A stretch of DNA of 64,000 bases from Balanoglossus misakiensis. Its lineage: Eukaryota; Animalia; Hemichordata. The stretch is taken from positions 19,752,303 to 19,816,302 of the forward strand of contig CM082577.2 in the NCBI GenBank assembly GCA_040954595.2, given 5' to 3'. Under the pieces are notes generated by a model, which was not told the origin of the DNA, searched no databases, and worked only from the letters and a program-made list of their open reading frames with translations. Made by a program: the position numbers and the translations under genes. Shown here piece by piece: positions 1 to 13,085 of the stretch (its first letter is position 1; each line of letters begins with the position of its first letter).

Positions 1-328
1 CACTCAATGATTCACCATGCAGTTAATATAGCTCACTTACAAGTAACTTGAAATGCAAAATCATGTGTCTACATTAACAAACACATAAGCACCTGTTGCT
101 ACTGGTTAGTCTTCAACTTTTGTCTAACAAAAAGCTCATCAAAACAGATTCTTAGGTCCAAACCCAGGGTTTCAATACATGCATGCTGGATACAGTGCTT
201 TGAAATTCTCATCGCTAGTGGGAACTCTTGGATGCACTCCAGTCATGTTGGCAATGCGACTTTTTAGCACAAACATTGTACCACTTATTCATACTGTAGT
301 AGTATTCCCTGTAAGTTCGATGAAATAA

Positions 329-1293
329 GGCTGCATTCACAAACACCTCTGGAGGGGGGGGGGGGGAGAATTCAATTTTTTTTACCGTTAATTTTCACAT
401 GCCCCCCTCAACAACCCGAAAAATTTTCAAATCCCCCCCTTCCGAACTGCTAAAATTTTCAAATCCCCCCCCCCTATTTTCTTTCACACAGCAAAACACA
501 TCACCTATCTATCTTGTAAAAAAGAAAAACAGCGCTCCCATGAAAAGAATTTGAAACTGATGTTTCCCCTTATCAGTGGGTATTAAAACTGAACATTGTT
601 TCTATTTTTTAAGTATTTTTGTATTCTGTGTTGGGAGACATTGTAAACCGAGAAGTGAAGGGGGTGGGGTTGGGAGGGGGGGGGGGTCGGCAAGTTTGTG
701 TCATCGGTTTTCAAAATCAGGCCGACCCCCCCCCCCTTCACCCAGGACCAACAAATGATGACCCCCCCTTTGACAGACCCCAAAATGCTAGATTTGGTAA
801 AACAAGAAAAGTGGCGGGGGTGGGCGTGGGAGGGGGTGTCCCCCTCCCACATAAGAAAATTTTATAAAATACAGAGCTCAAAGCTGCATTTTAATGAACC
901 CAAAAGCAAATTAACTCAACTACCGGTATGTTGGGGAGGACAAATTTAACCTTTGGCGCTCAAAGTTAGCATGGGGGGGGGGGGGGGGGGGGCAGGTCCC
1001 CTGACCTGGGACACTAGATAAACCAGTCAATGATTTAAAGGTGTTGATGAATGACGGGGGTGGGGGTGGGAGGGGGTGTCCCCCTCCCACATGAGAAAAA
1101 TTTGTATTATGAAGGGTTCAAAACTGCATTTTTGTGGACTCAAAATAAATATTTAGTCCTCAAAGTTTTCAAGTCCCCCCCTTAACAGTCCCTAAATTAT
1201 TTCAAATCCCCCCCTTTCATACCCTCAATTTTTTCAAATCCCCCCCCCCTCAATTCTCCTGCCCCCCCTCCAGAGGTGTTTGTGAATGCAGCC
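329..1293 (+). mobile_element. Harbinger/PIF-type MITE, family A
   Basis: TIRs GGCTGCATTCACAAACACCTCTGGAGGGGGGG at both ends; 3-bp TSD TAA (326-328, 1294-1296). Confidence 0.85.
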
Positions 1294-1867
1294 TAAACCT
1301 GTGTTCTTTTCTGACACCAAATTCAAACTTTTCAACGTACATACAGACACTGAATATGTTAAGCAACTATTGATTCTTTTGAACTTCTGTATAGGCATTT
1401 TGGTTTGGGGGGGGGGGGGGCATTGTACAGTTGCTGAAAGTTTTAAATGTTAAGGCAAACATGAAATATATTTCATACTGTGACATGTTTCTCCATCATA
1501 ACAATTTTTATTTTCAAACATTTAAAACACAAATAGCTAGTCGAAAATGATATTTTCTGACCTCTAAAAATACCAGTGTATTTTATACATGCAACTCTAA
1601 AAAAATGTACATACATGTCAAAGTATGTATCAATCACACTTCTGATATAGGGCAGTCTGAATATCAATACACATATTTCACAAAAGAACGGAAGTTCATA
1701 TTGTGCATGTGTAATCATATGCAAATCGAGCGTTTGACCTAGTTGTTATACGGAAGGTTCAGGAATGTTGTAAAATTTTGAACAGTATAGTGCGAAATGT
1801 ATTTATTGACAAACAGTTAGAGGCCACAGTGTGCGCCCTCTATGTCAGTTATTGTTACTTCCATTAA

Positions 1868-2542
1868 GGTGGCATTGCACGAAACTGTCAAGACTTTTTC
1901 AGAGGCCTATTTCTCATCAAAGACAACGTTAAAACCCCTATAAACCATACACATTCTAGAAGCTGAGTTTTTGAACTTTTGTTTGAGTTGCATATTTTAT
2001 TGACCCCCAGAAATGGCAACGTTTTTGGGTTAAAATTTTTTTTTTTTTATCATGTCATTCAATTGAAATTAGGTAAAAAAGTTGACCATGCATCATGCAT
2101 CTTAGTATGTCATTCGAAACAAGAGTACATGTGCAAAAAAATTTTGTTTTGCGTTATCTGCTTCCATTGAGGAGTAACAGTGTTTGAAAGTTAGATTTTT
2201 ACAAGGGACACTTTATCGACTAGAAATTTTTTCGTATTGTTAGATGGGTCATACACAATCCCCTGTTAAAATTTGAGCAAATTCGGCCAACGCAGAGCGA
2301 AGCTAAATTCTTCTGAACTTGTCAAGAGCAGCGAAAATGCAAACTGAGAAAAACGGCAATTTGCATTGTTGACACCTATTTGTTAAGCTGTGAACTCATT
2401 CAGAAAAGTGCTATTTTGGGGTGATTATGCACCATTTCCGCCAAGACGCCTTTGTCAGAATGTGGATCAGTATTAGACTTACCGATCTATGTAAAAAAAG
2501 TTAAATTTGGCAAAAAATCACAACTTTTCATGCAATGCCACC
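1868..2542. mobile_element. Kolobok-type non-autonomous element
   Basis: TIR GGTGGCATTGCA...TGCAATGCCACC, flanked by TTAA and a degenerate TGAA. The same right end recurs at ~19755-19795. Confidence 0.65.
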
Positions 2543-4015
2543 TGAAGTCTCACTGTTTTTAGCTTCCCGCCATAGTGCAGTTTCCTTTTCATTGAAGCAT
2601 TTCCCCCCACCATTTCCACATTCCCGTCTCATTACTTTCATATTCCCTTTTAACCCTGAAATTGCTGTCACTTTGCATTGTATTTTCATATTGCTACGCA
2701 TACTTTACCTGTGAGGTGCACTTCCTTTTTTTAGTGTTCCAATAAAGCACCTCCTTTTCTGCCAATATCATGATTTGTGTTTTATTAATTAATTAAGCCT
2801 ACTTGTACATTGTGTGTCTTTACCTCACCATGTTTTAAACGGAAGAAGTCGACGCGCCGTGTGGGTGTCTCCTCCCCATCAACTCCCCCCCAATGACAAC
2901 ATGTCCTCCTGTACCAGCACAAACCCCATTGCAGTCGCCTTAACCTATTAGGACTTCAGTTGCTGTCATGCCCCGTCTATGCTACGGTGAGCTGCTTCGT
3001 TCATTCTAAAAATTATCTAATTTTCGGGATTTGGGGGTGAATTCTAATGTTTATCAACAAACAAATGTGGCGCGACGACCGCTTCCCTTTAAGCATTATT
3101 AATGTGTAGTCATTCAAATGCATGTAAAAATTGATCGAATTTGGCAGTATACAATGTCAATACAATGTCATTGTACATCGTGGTTGAGTGGTAAATCGCA
3201 ATTTTTGAGTTGGAATGTTGTACTTGGACATGTACATGACATAAAGAATTTTGAACATACTAGTATCACAGTTGACTGACTTGGGTTTATAGGACTTCAT
3301 AAGCACAGTGGCGAACCAGGGCTCACATGCAACTGTGCTCCCTAAAATTGCCCCAAGTCTGTGGGATTAATTGTCACAGTAAATTAAATAAATTTGTTCC
3401 AAGTCACTATAGCCGTTTTACTATCTATGCAATACCATGTGTGGAGTGAACACGTAGGTCGGGGGAACTTGGTGAGCAGTAATTAACTGAAACTCACGCA
3501 ACTGAAATTACTCACCCAAGGCTTATTACATACAAAAATAAAATTAAAGAAGGTGATCAACTGATTAAGAATCTTTATTCCGTGCCAAATCATGTCCGTG
3601 TTGTCACCAAAAACGTACATCATAACTTTAATTTCTACTATCGTATTATTTCATTTAAAAGAAGCAAAATAAGTTGCTTGTGCACATTCTAGCATCCCAA
3701 CCTGACTTAAATTTGCAAGAAGGCCGTCAATGGACTACATGTGGTCATTTTTTTCATCAGTCAAAATTTCCGTAAGCTGTGTGTTCAAATCATTGATTAA
3801 AGAGTCTCTTTGAACTGTAGCCATAACATACACATGATATGGTGCATATTTCAAGTTAAGTTGCCCTGTATAACAATTAGGTCAAACATCAGATTTACTA
3901 CAGAATTCAAAAAAGCTGCAACAACCGCCAAACTAGAAACACCGTATTTCTTTGATGCAGACAACACATTCTCTAAAATTGTAACAACGTCACAATTTAG
4001 TTGACAAAGAGACGC

Positions 4016-4266
4016 CCCCCCCCCCATCCCAATTGCGCAGTTGAAGTAGTGTGTGTTGAGAGAGACATGAACAGAAAGGGGTAAGAGACTCGACTCGAAC
4101 GACGAGAGTTGTTTAGCGTGTCGAATGCTGCTCTACGAAGCTCGTAGTTATCTTCTGACCGGGACAGTCTGTGTTCGAGTCGAGTCTCCTACCCCTTTCT
4201 GTTCACCGTTCACGTCTTTCTCAACACACACTACTTAAACTGCGCAATTGGGATGGGGGGGGGGGG
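4016..4266. repeat. Foldback MITE-like inverted repeat
   Basis: Arms of ~85-90 bp: CCCCATCCCAATTGCGCAGTTGAAGTAGTGTGTGTTGAGA... and its reverse complement at 4173-4266. Confidence 0.75.
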
Positions 4267-4955
4267 CAAAGTACATGTAACTTTTGTTCTGATGTATATT
4301 CAATCTGGGTGATCATACATCACATGATCATCCAAACATTTCCATACACTGTAATTAGTAAACCTTGTTACTAAAGTTACTTCAAGTAATACAACAAGTA
4401 TATGTTTCATCTGCAGATGTCTATCATTTGAAAAATATAATTCAATTTGTACATGCTGCATAACTCACTATGATGCATTAACACAACATTCCAGTGAAAT
4501 CTCTATATGCATGATATACTACAATTGATCATTAACTAGCTACTAGTCAGGCAGAGACACTGATTCGTGTTCTTCCCTACCAATCATAGCTGGAACAAGC
4601 ACACGTCCTCCAGAGACATGACGTGAATCACAGGGTCTGGACGTTCGTGCAAGCGACCGGCAGAGATTTCTCCTGATCCGGGAACTTTATAGAACTCTCG
4701 GCATCCGCCAATCAGAAATACAAATTTTACACGCATTGAATCAGAGACTGTATTATGGCTGATGTCACTTCCAAATAATCATGGTGAAGAGTCTAGTTCA
4801 TTCATTCATTCATCGTACCTGAAAGACGAGGAATAAGGATGTATCTTTTGACTTATGAATATTCATGTCCTTACAAGAACAGACAGTCACAGCGCATCCT
4901 CTTATCCAGTGTGGGGGTGCGGTGCACACCACACGACACAGTGACTGTGGAGAGT

Positions 4956-5143
4956 CTAACTGGCTACCTGTGCAGATATTTCTTTTGTATCTGATGACTG
5001 GTGTATGTTGAACATAACTGGTATGTTGCCCAGATTAGGATTGTCCTCTTGTAGATTTGAGATCCACATTCTGAGTGATTCCCGACTATCATCACCTGTC
5101 ATGCATATTGCAAACACTGGGCCTTCCTTGTGGACAGCTACTC
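4956..5143 (-). CDS. ECSIT: ECSIT last coding exon
   Basis: Acceptor ttcttacag|GA, phase 1. Encodes EGPVFAICMTGDDSRESLRMWISNLQEDNPNLGNIPVMF..., matching ECSIT EGPVFAMCM...WI..LQE.NP.L..IPV.F, and ends in TAG. Confidence 0.93.
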
Positions 5144-5498
5144 CTGTAAGAACAAAATTCATAAATACCATGACAACCAGACCAAGTTGTCCTCACACTG
5201 AAAAGGATATTAGTTGATATCACAACTCAAATATGTTAATAAGCAGTAAGTTGATAAGCCAATCACACTGTCCAAATGAATCTCTGTACATAGCCTAGAT
5301 TATGGAAAGAAGCCATGTAAGCAGGCGGATCATGAAGGCACCTTTCAGTGGCAAATTTTAAAATATCTCAGCTTACTCATATCAGCCAATGGTCACCTTG
5401 CGAAGTTTGCAGATGACAGTGCTTTACTTTCGCTCTCACATAATCAAGAACAGGCATCATTAAAAGTGGATAAGAGAGTCCTTCGCTTTTCTATAAAA

Positions 5499-6070
5499 TT
5501 AAGCAATAACCCCCGCCACAGGCGGGTATACACGAGATTTGGGTACAATTCGAGACATATAGCACGAGCCGTAAGGCGAGTGCTATATGGAGCTAATTGT
5601 ACCCAAATCGAGTGTATACCCGACTGAGGCGGGGGTTTTTGCTATTATATTATATCAACCACTGTTTTTGTGGCATATCAGTGTCATTTTCTTACCGAAA
5701 CGGTGTCAGAAAGAGAAATTACGATCGTGAACCAACATGGCGACGACGAATGTAAACACGAGTGGCCGGGATCGAGCATTAAACATGAAGCAGACGACAA
5801 AAAGTGACAAGACGGGCATCGCGCGTGGCAAAGCGACAAATATATCCACAGAGCAGTTCCAAAATAAAACGTCCGTTAATTCAACATTATTTTTGTTTTA
5901 TTTATTTGGTTTAAACACGCGCGACTGTGGTTTAACCGCACATTTTGCTGCCGTATGCTAGTTCAGGGCCCGTTTTACCACTGCTAGCCATGGTAAAACA
6001 GTATTTTACCATGGCTGGATTCAGCTCTCGTCCAATCAGAATCGCGGACGGTAGCATGATATAATATAAC
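5499..6070. mobile_element. Hairpin-rich non-autonomous element (Crypton-like, tentative)
   Basis: Starts TTAAGCAATAACCCCCGC, has a long internal palindrome (5503-5647), and ends CCAATCAGAATCGCG...TATAATA. A second, interrupted copy starts at ~32077. Confidence 0.55.
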
Positions 6071-6818
6071 ATTCATTGAAGGCTTTGTTACATTTTCCTT
6101 CATTTGTTGGCTGCTAAATCTGTCCTTTAAAAATAAACACTCACTGGAAAAGATTGTTTTAATTAGATCAAAAATAATCGGCTCTCCCGAGAGAAATTTG
6201 CAATGTTTCTATAATCAACAGGCACTTAAAGCTCACGTAAGCAATTCTGTCCTCCAACACCAATATTTTATCACTAAAGTTTGTTTTAATTCCTTCCAAC
6301 AGATGTTTTAAGGTCCCAGCAGGTCAAACAGGTGAAACATTCTTTTATTTCATTTTCAACTGCAAAAGGAATTGAATGATTTTCCATGTGTATGCTTGCT
6401 CTCTTTTTATATGATCAAATTGTTTGACTTTTTGGATTTCTTTACTATGTGTACCGGTATGTGTGTTTTTCATGAGTCACCTTTTAAACACTCAGTTTTA
6501 GCATGAAAATATATTACTGAATTGTATATCATACTATGAAAGAACTCTAGACTCTCACACTGAACATTAGTCAGTTACATCCTGGTATCAGTTTAATGGG
6601 TGTCTAAGATTGTCACACAAGTTCAACAAGCAAAATTCATTTGTTGGGGGGGGGGGGTTGAGGTCAACTGGTTTAGTTTCACTTTCACACTTATTTTGGT
6701 GACCCAATTTACCTTCTATGTTTTTAAGCAAAAACTGATACCAAGGAATTCATTCAATTGTTAACCTCTGATTGTTATATAAAATGTAATTCTTCTTCTG
6801 AGTTCTGCAACTTGATTA

Positions 6819-7944
6819 GGGACCATCCAGTTTTTACGGCAGGGGGGGGGGGGGGCGGCAAGTTTGTGTCATCGGTTTTCAAAATCAGGCCGACCCCCCC
6901 TTCACCCAGGACCAAAAAATGATGACCCCCCTTTGACAGACCCAAAAATATGATGACCCCCCCCCCCACGCCGAAAACATTCGCCGTCCTGATCCTATGT
7001 ACACTGTATGCAATAAAGGGAATGAGGCTCCTCACACCTCAATTATAAATTTCTTAAAATATTATTGAAGTATATAATAGTATATCGTTGCAATAAAGAA
7101 ATCTATGAACAAATTAAAATGACAAGTCAATACAATAGTTGCTAGAATCGGTAAAACAAGAAAAGTGGAGGGGGGTGGGAAAATTTTGTAAAATACGGTG
7201 CTCAAAGTTGCAATTTAATGAACTCAAAAGCAAATTAACTCAATGTTAGGGAGGACAAATTTTAATTTTGCCACTCCACTCAAAGTAAGCATCGGGGGTG
7301 GGGTGGCAAGAAGTCTTCCCTGGTACAGTAGACAAACCAGTGAATAAATGCAATGTTGGGAAGAATGGAGAAAATTTTGTAAAATATGTAGCGCAAAGTT
7401 GCATTTTAATGAACTCAAAAGCAAATTATCTCAATGTTTGGGAGGACCAATTTTACTTTTTGCCCCTCCACTCAAAGTTAGAAGATTTGGCGTCATCTTC
7501 GTCATGACATTATTTATAAAACTTCTAGTATATAGAAGATGCAGCGCGAAACTATCAGTTATGCAAAATGGTTTAAACAATTATTCTCCTTTATGTATTC
7601 ACTTTGTTAAATATTATCATCAGTGGGGTTGGGGTGGCAAGCACTCTGCCCTGGTACACTAGACAAACCAGCAAAAAATGCAATGTGGCGGAGAATGAAG
7701 GGGGTGGGCGTGGGAGGGGGTGTCCGCCTCCCACATTAGAAAATTTTGTAAAATAAAGGGTACGAAACTGCAATTTTGTAGACTCAAAAGCAAAAGTTCG
7801 GTGGCAAAAGTATGTGACCCCCCCTAAACGTTTAAAAAAACCAGATGACCCCCCCTTTGTGGACTTCAAAATTTAAGTGACCCCCCTGGATTTTGCCCCC
7901 CCCCCCCCCCCCCCCCCCCCCGGCCGTAAAAACTGAACGGTCCC
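6819..7944 (+). mobile_element. Harbinger/PIF-type MITE, family B (full length)
   Basis: TIRs GGGACC(A/G)T(C/T)CAGTTTTTACGGC...GCCGTAAAAACTGAACGGTCCC; TSD TTA (6816-6818, 7945-7947). Confidence 0.85.
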
Positions 7945-8385
7945 TTAGTAACACACCCATTTCTACATTCTCTATATCTCATTGTAATATTCGGTCCCTC
8001 AGTCGAAATTTTCAAGACTTTAAACTGTTTTATGAATCACTTGATGAATCAAAAATCAAAGTTATAGCATTATCAGAGATCTGGCAGGTTCAAAATAAAG
8101 AGTTTTATTGTTTAGAAGGCTATCATTTGGAAACAAATTGTCGAAATGACCAGCGGGGTGGGGGAGTTGGGGCATCATATATACACTCATCTTTGAATTA
8201 TACCTCCATTGAAGCGACTGTAAATCATTCTGAATCTATCTGGCTGAAATTTGAGTTGCCAAAGAAGAAATCACTCATTCTTGGAGTAGTGTATAGGAAA
8301 CCAATGAATTCCTTGAAAGTCTTGAATCTGTATTGACTGATAATGACCACAAGAAGATGCAGTGCATACTTGTGGGTGACTTTAA

Positions 8386-8825
8386 ACCCCGGTGCGGAAA
8401 GTACCGGGGTTCGGATTAACGTGTGTTTGTATAGTTGTTTATTTGGGAGTGGTCGTCGTGCATAATGACTGTGTAATTGATCTCATGTACATAGAAAATA
8501 ATTGAACAATTTACACCTCTACGCGATTGACAGCTGTTTGAATGGCGTGGTTATTGCTTCCCAGGGATGTTTCTGAAAAGCACTGAAACCAGATTTCTCC
8601 CAAAATCATCGTTGTTTCAAAAGCTCGTGTACTTTTTCGTCGATAACTTTATGTTGTGTGTGTTTATAAAGCCAACTACTGTCGTTGTGTGGTGTAATTC
8701 TTTATGCTTGGACCTGTTTGGGCCGATTTTCATAGAGCCAAGATCGTTGGTGTTGTCTGTTGTCAGTCAAACGGCATTAAGATTCGCCACTGATTTGGGG
8801 GGTCTTTTATACCCCGCACCGGGGT
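8386..8825. mobile_element. TTAA-targeting MITE nested in the LINE
   Basis: TIR ACCCCGGTGCGG...CCGCACCGGGGT with TTAA on both sides. Removing it restores the LINE GDFN motif. Confidence 0.8.
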
Positions 8826-9896
8826 TTAATGTAAATGCGTATGATTTAAATGCATATGAAACGGTTGATCTCAATAATAGTATGTCTTCTTTTAGCCTAA
8901 CTCAAATGATCACTGTGCCAACACAAATATCAGATCACTCAAGAACGGTTTTTGATCATATTTATACAAATATACATAGTCATTTTGTTAATTGTGGAAC
9001 TGTTGATGTTCATCTTGCTGACCATTTGCCTATATTTGCTATCTTTGAGGATCTACATATTTATTTCCATAAACCAAAGAGTGTTACCTTCAGGGACTAG
9101 CGTAATTTTAATATATGTTCATTTCAAGATGAGGTGAATAGTGCCAATTGGGCAGCTGTGTATGAGAGTACTGATGCTAATACAGCATATGACTCATTTT
9201 AAACCATTTTCTCGAATATTTGTAATAAGCATGCTCCATTGCTTTCTAAAAAGCTTAGTTCAAAAAGAAAAATACGGAAACCGTGGATAACTGCTGGGAT
9301 CTATTGATCAGAAGCATAAGCTCTACACGGATGTCTTAAAAACTAATTATCTGCCAGACGTCTTTACAAAATATAAATGCTATCGGAACATGCTTACAAA
9401 TACTCTGAAAAAGGCTATAAAACAAAATTATTATTCTGATCAGTTTACATACTATCAAGCAGATAATATTAAGACATGGAAAATTATTAATGATATTTCA
9501 AGGGGTGGTGGTAAACATGAAAATCTACCAAGTAGTTTACAAATGTCTTCAGCTGGTCGGCAGGCTGCCTTGGTCACCCAGTGTGACATTGTCAATGGGT
9601 TTAATGAGTTTTTTGTCCAAATCGGCGAGGTTCTTGCTAGTAGTAAAACTAATTCAAACAGATGTCACTTGTCATATTTACCACATTGTACATTGCATTC
9701 TTTTTTTCTTCAATGAACCTCTGAACAAGAAGTTTTTAAATTACTTAAAGCATTAGATAAGCGGAAGGCAGTGGGTTATGATTACATTAGCTCAAAATAG
9801 TTAATCAATGCAGCATTATATTTCTAAGCCTCTTTAACATTCACAACTGGAATTTTCCCAGATTCTTTAAAAATAGCAAAAGTGACTCCTATCTTC

Positions 9897-10496
9897 AAAA
9901 ATCGCGTCAAGGACACGGTGGTCCCATTGAGTGATTACACAAGAAAAAGTCTACACCGGAGTACATGGCCATATACAGACAGACAGACAGACAGATAGAC
10001 ACACATAGCGAGAGATCAATGGGCAAACACTGACTGACCCATAAGCTGCCAATGGCATATGTACTGTACATACACTAAATAGAACAGCTGGCCTCTTTAA
10101 AACTTAGCCAGTTATGTAATCATTCAGGAATTTGCTGTGTTTATATGAATCACAGGAGGGGAGTTCCTGCCTAATTAAAACAACTCAATAAAGTAAATAC
10201 ACACCACTTTGCAAAGCAATCTGACCAGTAGTTCTTGAGTTACTGAGTTTTGCCAAAATTCACATTTTTCCAGCTAATTTGCATAGTTTTGGCAATGACA
10301 ACTTCATTTGAACAAACTCCCATCTACAGCCCAGCCTGCATCAGCACACCAAATATCAAGGTGATACACGCAGCGGTTTTCAAGTTTTTGATGTGGACGG
10401 ACATCCATCCATCCATCCATCCATACATACATACATACATACAGACGCAACCGATCCCATAAGGTCCCATGGTACATACCAATGGGACCCAAAAAA
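9897..10496 (-). mobile_element. Helentron/DINE-1-like non-autonomous element (HINE family 1, short), nested in the LINE
   Basis: Subterminal inverted repeat GGTCCCATTG/CAATGGGACC, terminal hairpins, (CATA)n/(GACA)n microsatellites, inserted in an A-run without TSD. It splits the LINE PIFK|KG motif. Confidence 0.8.
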
Positions 10497-12101
10497 GGAG
10501 AGATGACTGATCCAGGTAATTATAGACCAGTGTCAGTATTGCCACAAATTAGTAAAATTTTCGAAAAACTTATTAATAAGCAAATTATTTCCTATTTTAA
10601 CAAATTTGATTTACTTTACCCTTACCAGTATGGCTTCAGAGAAAATTTTAGTACTAAGTTGGCAATTGTGGAACTAGCACAGAAAATTCTGGACGAAATT
10701 GATATGGGAAGTAAGGTCATCGGGATATTTCTTGACTTGAAGAAAGCATTTGATACCGTGAATCATGACATTTTGATAGACAAACTAGACAATTACGGTG
10801 TTAGGGGACTCCCTAACAATCTCTTCAGAAGTTATTTGGCCAACAGAAGGCAACATGTAAATATTAATGGGGTACGATCAGATGAATTACAAATTGTGGA
10901 GTTTCACAAGGTTCTATGCTGGGTCTAACCCTTTTTCTCATTTATGTATTAAAATGACATAGCAGGAGCAGCAAGGTACTTTGACACCTGTCTATTTGCA
11001 GACGATACCAGTCTATTTCATACATTCAATTCAAGAAATATAATAGATCTTTCAGAAATAGATTCACAATTGAAAAATGTTATAAACTGGTGTGATGCCA
11101 ACAAATTAACTGTAAACTCACTGAAAACTGAATATGTTATTTTTAGAGGTAAGAACATGTCAGTAGAGATAACAGGGAAAATTGATGTCAAAGGGGTAAC
11201 AATAGACGAAGTACAAACAACTAAGTATATCGGTGTAAAAATAGACAATAAGTTAACATGGAAACATCACATTAGAAATGTAAACAGGATGATTAGTATG
11301 AAGACATGAAGACTGGTATTCTTTATAGGTTAAGGGATGTTGTCTCTCCACATATTCTTATACTATTGTACAACTGTTTTATCCTTCCACACATTTCCTA
11401 TGCTATAGAAACTTGGGGAAATACTTATTTATCTTTTTGAAGCCAATACATCTCACATAGAAAAGAATTGTACATGTATTGGCGGGATCAGACCGTCTTG
11501 CACACTCTTCACCATTGTTTAATGAGTTACATATCTTGAATGTATACAAGCAACGTGATCTTCAACTTTCCTTGTTTGTTCATGATGCTCTCAATGGCAA
11601 GCTTCCACCAGGATTCTCAGAGTATTTCGTTCCTATTCAACATTCTTATCATACCAGAGCAAAAGATATAGGTGACCTTTTTACTCCGAAATATAACAGT
11701 AATGCTGACCAACATCCCATAAAGTACACTGCAGCAAAGGTTTGGAATAAACTTCCTGAAAATATGCGCTGAATGACGTCAAAAAGTTCATTTAAAAACA
11801 ATGAAATCCTTCTTAGAAAAAGTATAGTTTGACTTTTTTTTGAATGTTTTACTAACAAGTGTTCTACTGTTCACCATGAGGGGGTGGACTTGACTAGTGC
11901 GAGTGCCCTATTTTTCCTACCTCCTTTTTTCACTTTATCAGTACATTATTTACCATTCGATGTAAAAATTGAAAGTGAAATAAAATTGAATTGAATTGAA
12001 TTGAGTTTTGCCTATCACTTTGTGTTACACTACAAACACATGCAATATACAGTAACAATAAACACAACTCTGTATTAGTAGTTTCATGATAGATTTACTC
12101 T

Positions 12102-12920
12102 GATTATCACATGAACTGGCCCAAATCACCACCTGTGTGACGTAGACCAGGACAGATCAAAAATCCAGATCACCCCTGTTCTACGTCATCAACCGGAACT
12201 ATTTCCACTGATTCGCCGTAGCTTTGTTGTCAAACAGAAACAGTACGTGTAGCGGCATTTACAATACAGAAATGAAATTTAAAAAAATGACGGTTCCATG
12301 ACAATATCGCTTTGTAAGCTCAAAACAGAAAGGTGGAATTTGGAAAGAAGACAGTCAACGCAACGATCATGGACGATCATGGCTGTCACAGTTTTGGGTC
12401 AGGTATGTACTGAACCTCTATACTCCACTGGTCAACGAAATGTATAAGACGTGGCAACAGGTCGCAGTAAAATTGTTAGAGAATCGATTACATTTGTGTA
12501 AGGCCGAACTTCGAGCAAACGGAACTCAACGGGACGACTTGTTGGGAGATTTTATGAATGATCAGCGATAGTTCATCATTTTGCGTATATGCAAATGATG
12601 AACTATTGCTGATCATTCATAAAATCTCCCAACATATCTCGTGGGGAAATAATCCCGCTCAGTAAAATACGACGCCGCTCCAAAATTGTTGCATGATACT
12701 GAATTTTTTTAGTCTTGCCTCTTCTAACGAAAAATAAGAAGACAGTTCATGTGATAAATATATAATCCCATGATATCTCTCTTTGTTTAACGTCATCGTA
12801 TACTCGTGGTTTTCGCAGAAGCGTACAACTTCTCGCCTGCGGCTCGAAGTTGCACTGCTCGGCGAAAACCACTCGTATACGATGACGTCAAACAAAGAAA
12901 GATATCATGGGATTATATGT
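12102..12920 (+). mobile_element. Hairpin-containing interspersed repeat, copy 1
   Basis: Near-identical to 13737-14455 over ~640 bp; internal palindromes at ~12540-12634 and ~12762-12917. Confidence 0.7.
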
Positions 12921-13085
12921 AATTATCTGATAGTGCATTACTCAATATCTATAGCCAATATCCAGATATCCAGAAATAATTATTGACACTTTTGAATTTT
13001 CGTTTTGGGGTTTGATCCAAACAAACAAATTTCGTTTGTTGAACTTATGTGACAATATGAGACGGTCCCTTGTACATGTACTTAC

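Larger units (their letters stand above)
7948..12003 (+). mobile_element. Decayed CR1-group (CR1/L2/Crack) LINE ORF2, antisense in ECSIT intron 4
   Basis: APE endonuclease motifs (HCNIRSL, IALSEIW, GGGVG, VVYRKP, GDFN, DHIY, DHLP) and RT motifs (YRPVSVLPQISKIFEK, QYGFR, FLDLKKAFDTVNH, LFADDT, KYIGV). Many stops and frameshifts. 3' tail AATAAA followed by (ATTGA)n. Confidence 0.93.

Noticed and set aside
41-293. Minus-strand exon candidate (ctacag ... gtaagt)
   Set aside because: Stops in all three frames and a weak polypyrimidine tract.
5395-5465. KFADDSAL reverse-transcriptase-like motif
   Set aside because: Too short to call; probably a tiny old LINE scrap.
6225-6320. Possible missing ECSIT exon (TLKHLLEGIKTNFSDKILVLEDRIAY then gtgagc)
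   Set aside because: No resemblance to ECSIT, wrong phase for the 1-1 slot, and no clear acceptor.
10250-10545. Recurrent ~60-100 aa ORFs (MTKFTFFQLICIF...; also 19512, 38127, 49776, 54648) as a small gene family
   Set aside because: They recur only because they are read from copies of the same HINE and its microsatellite.
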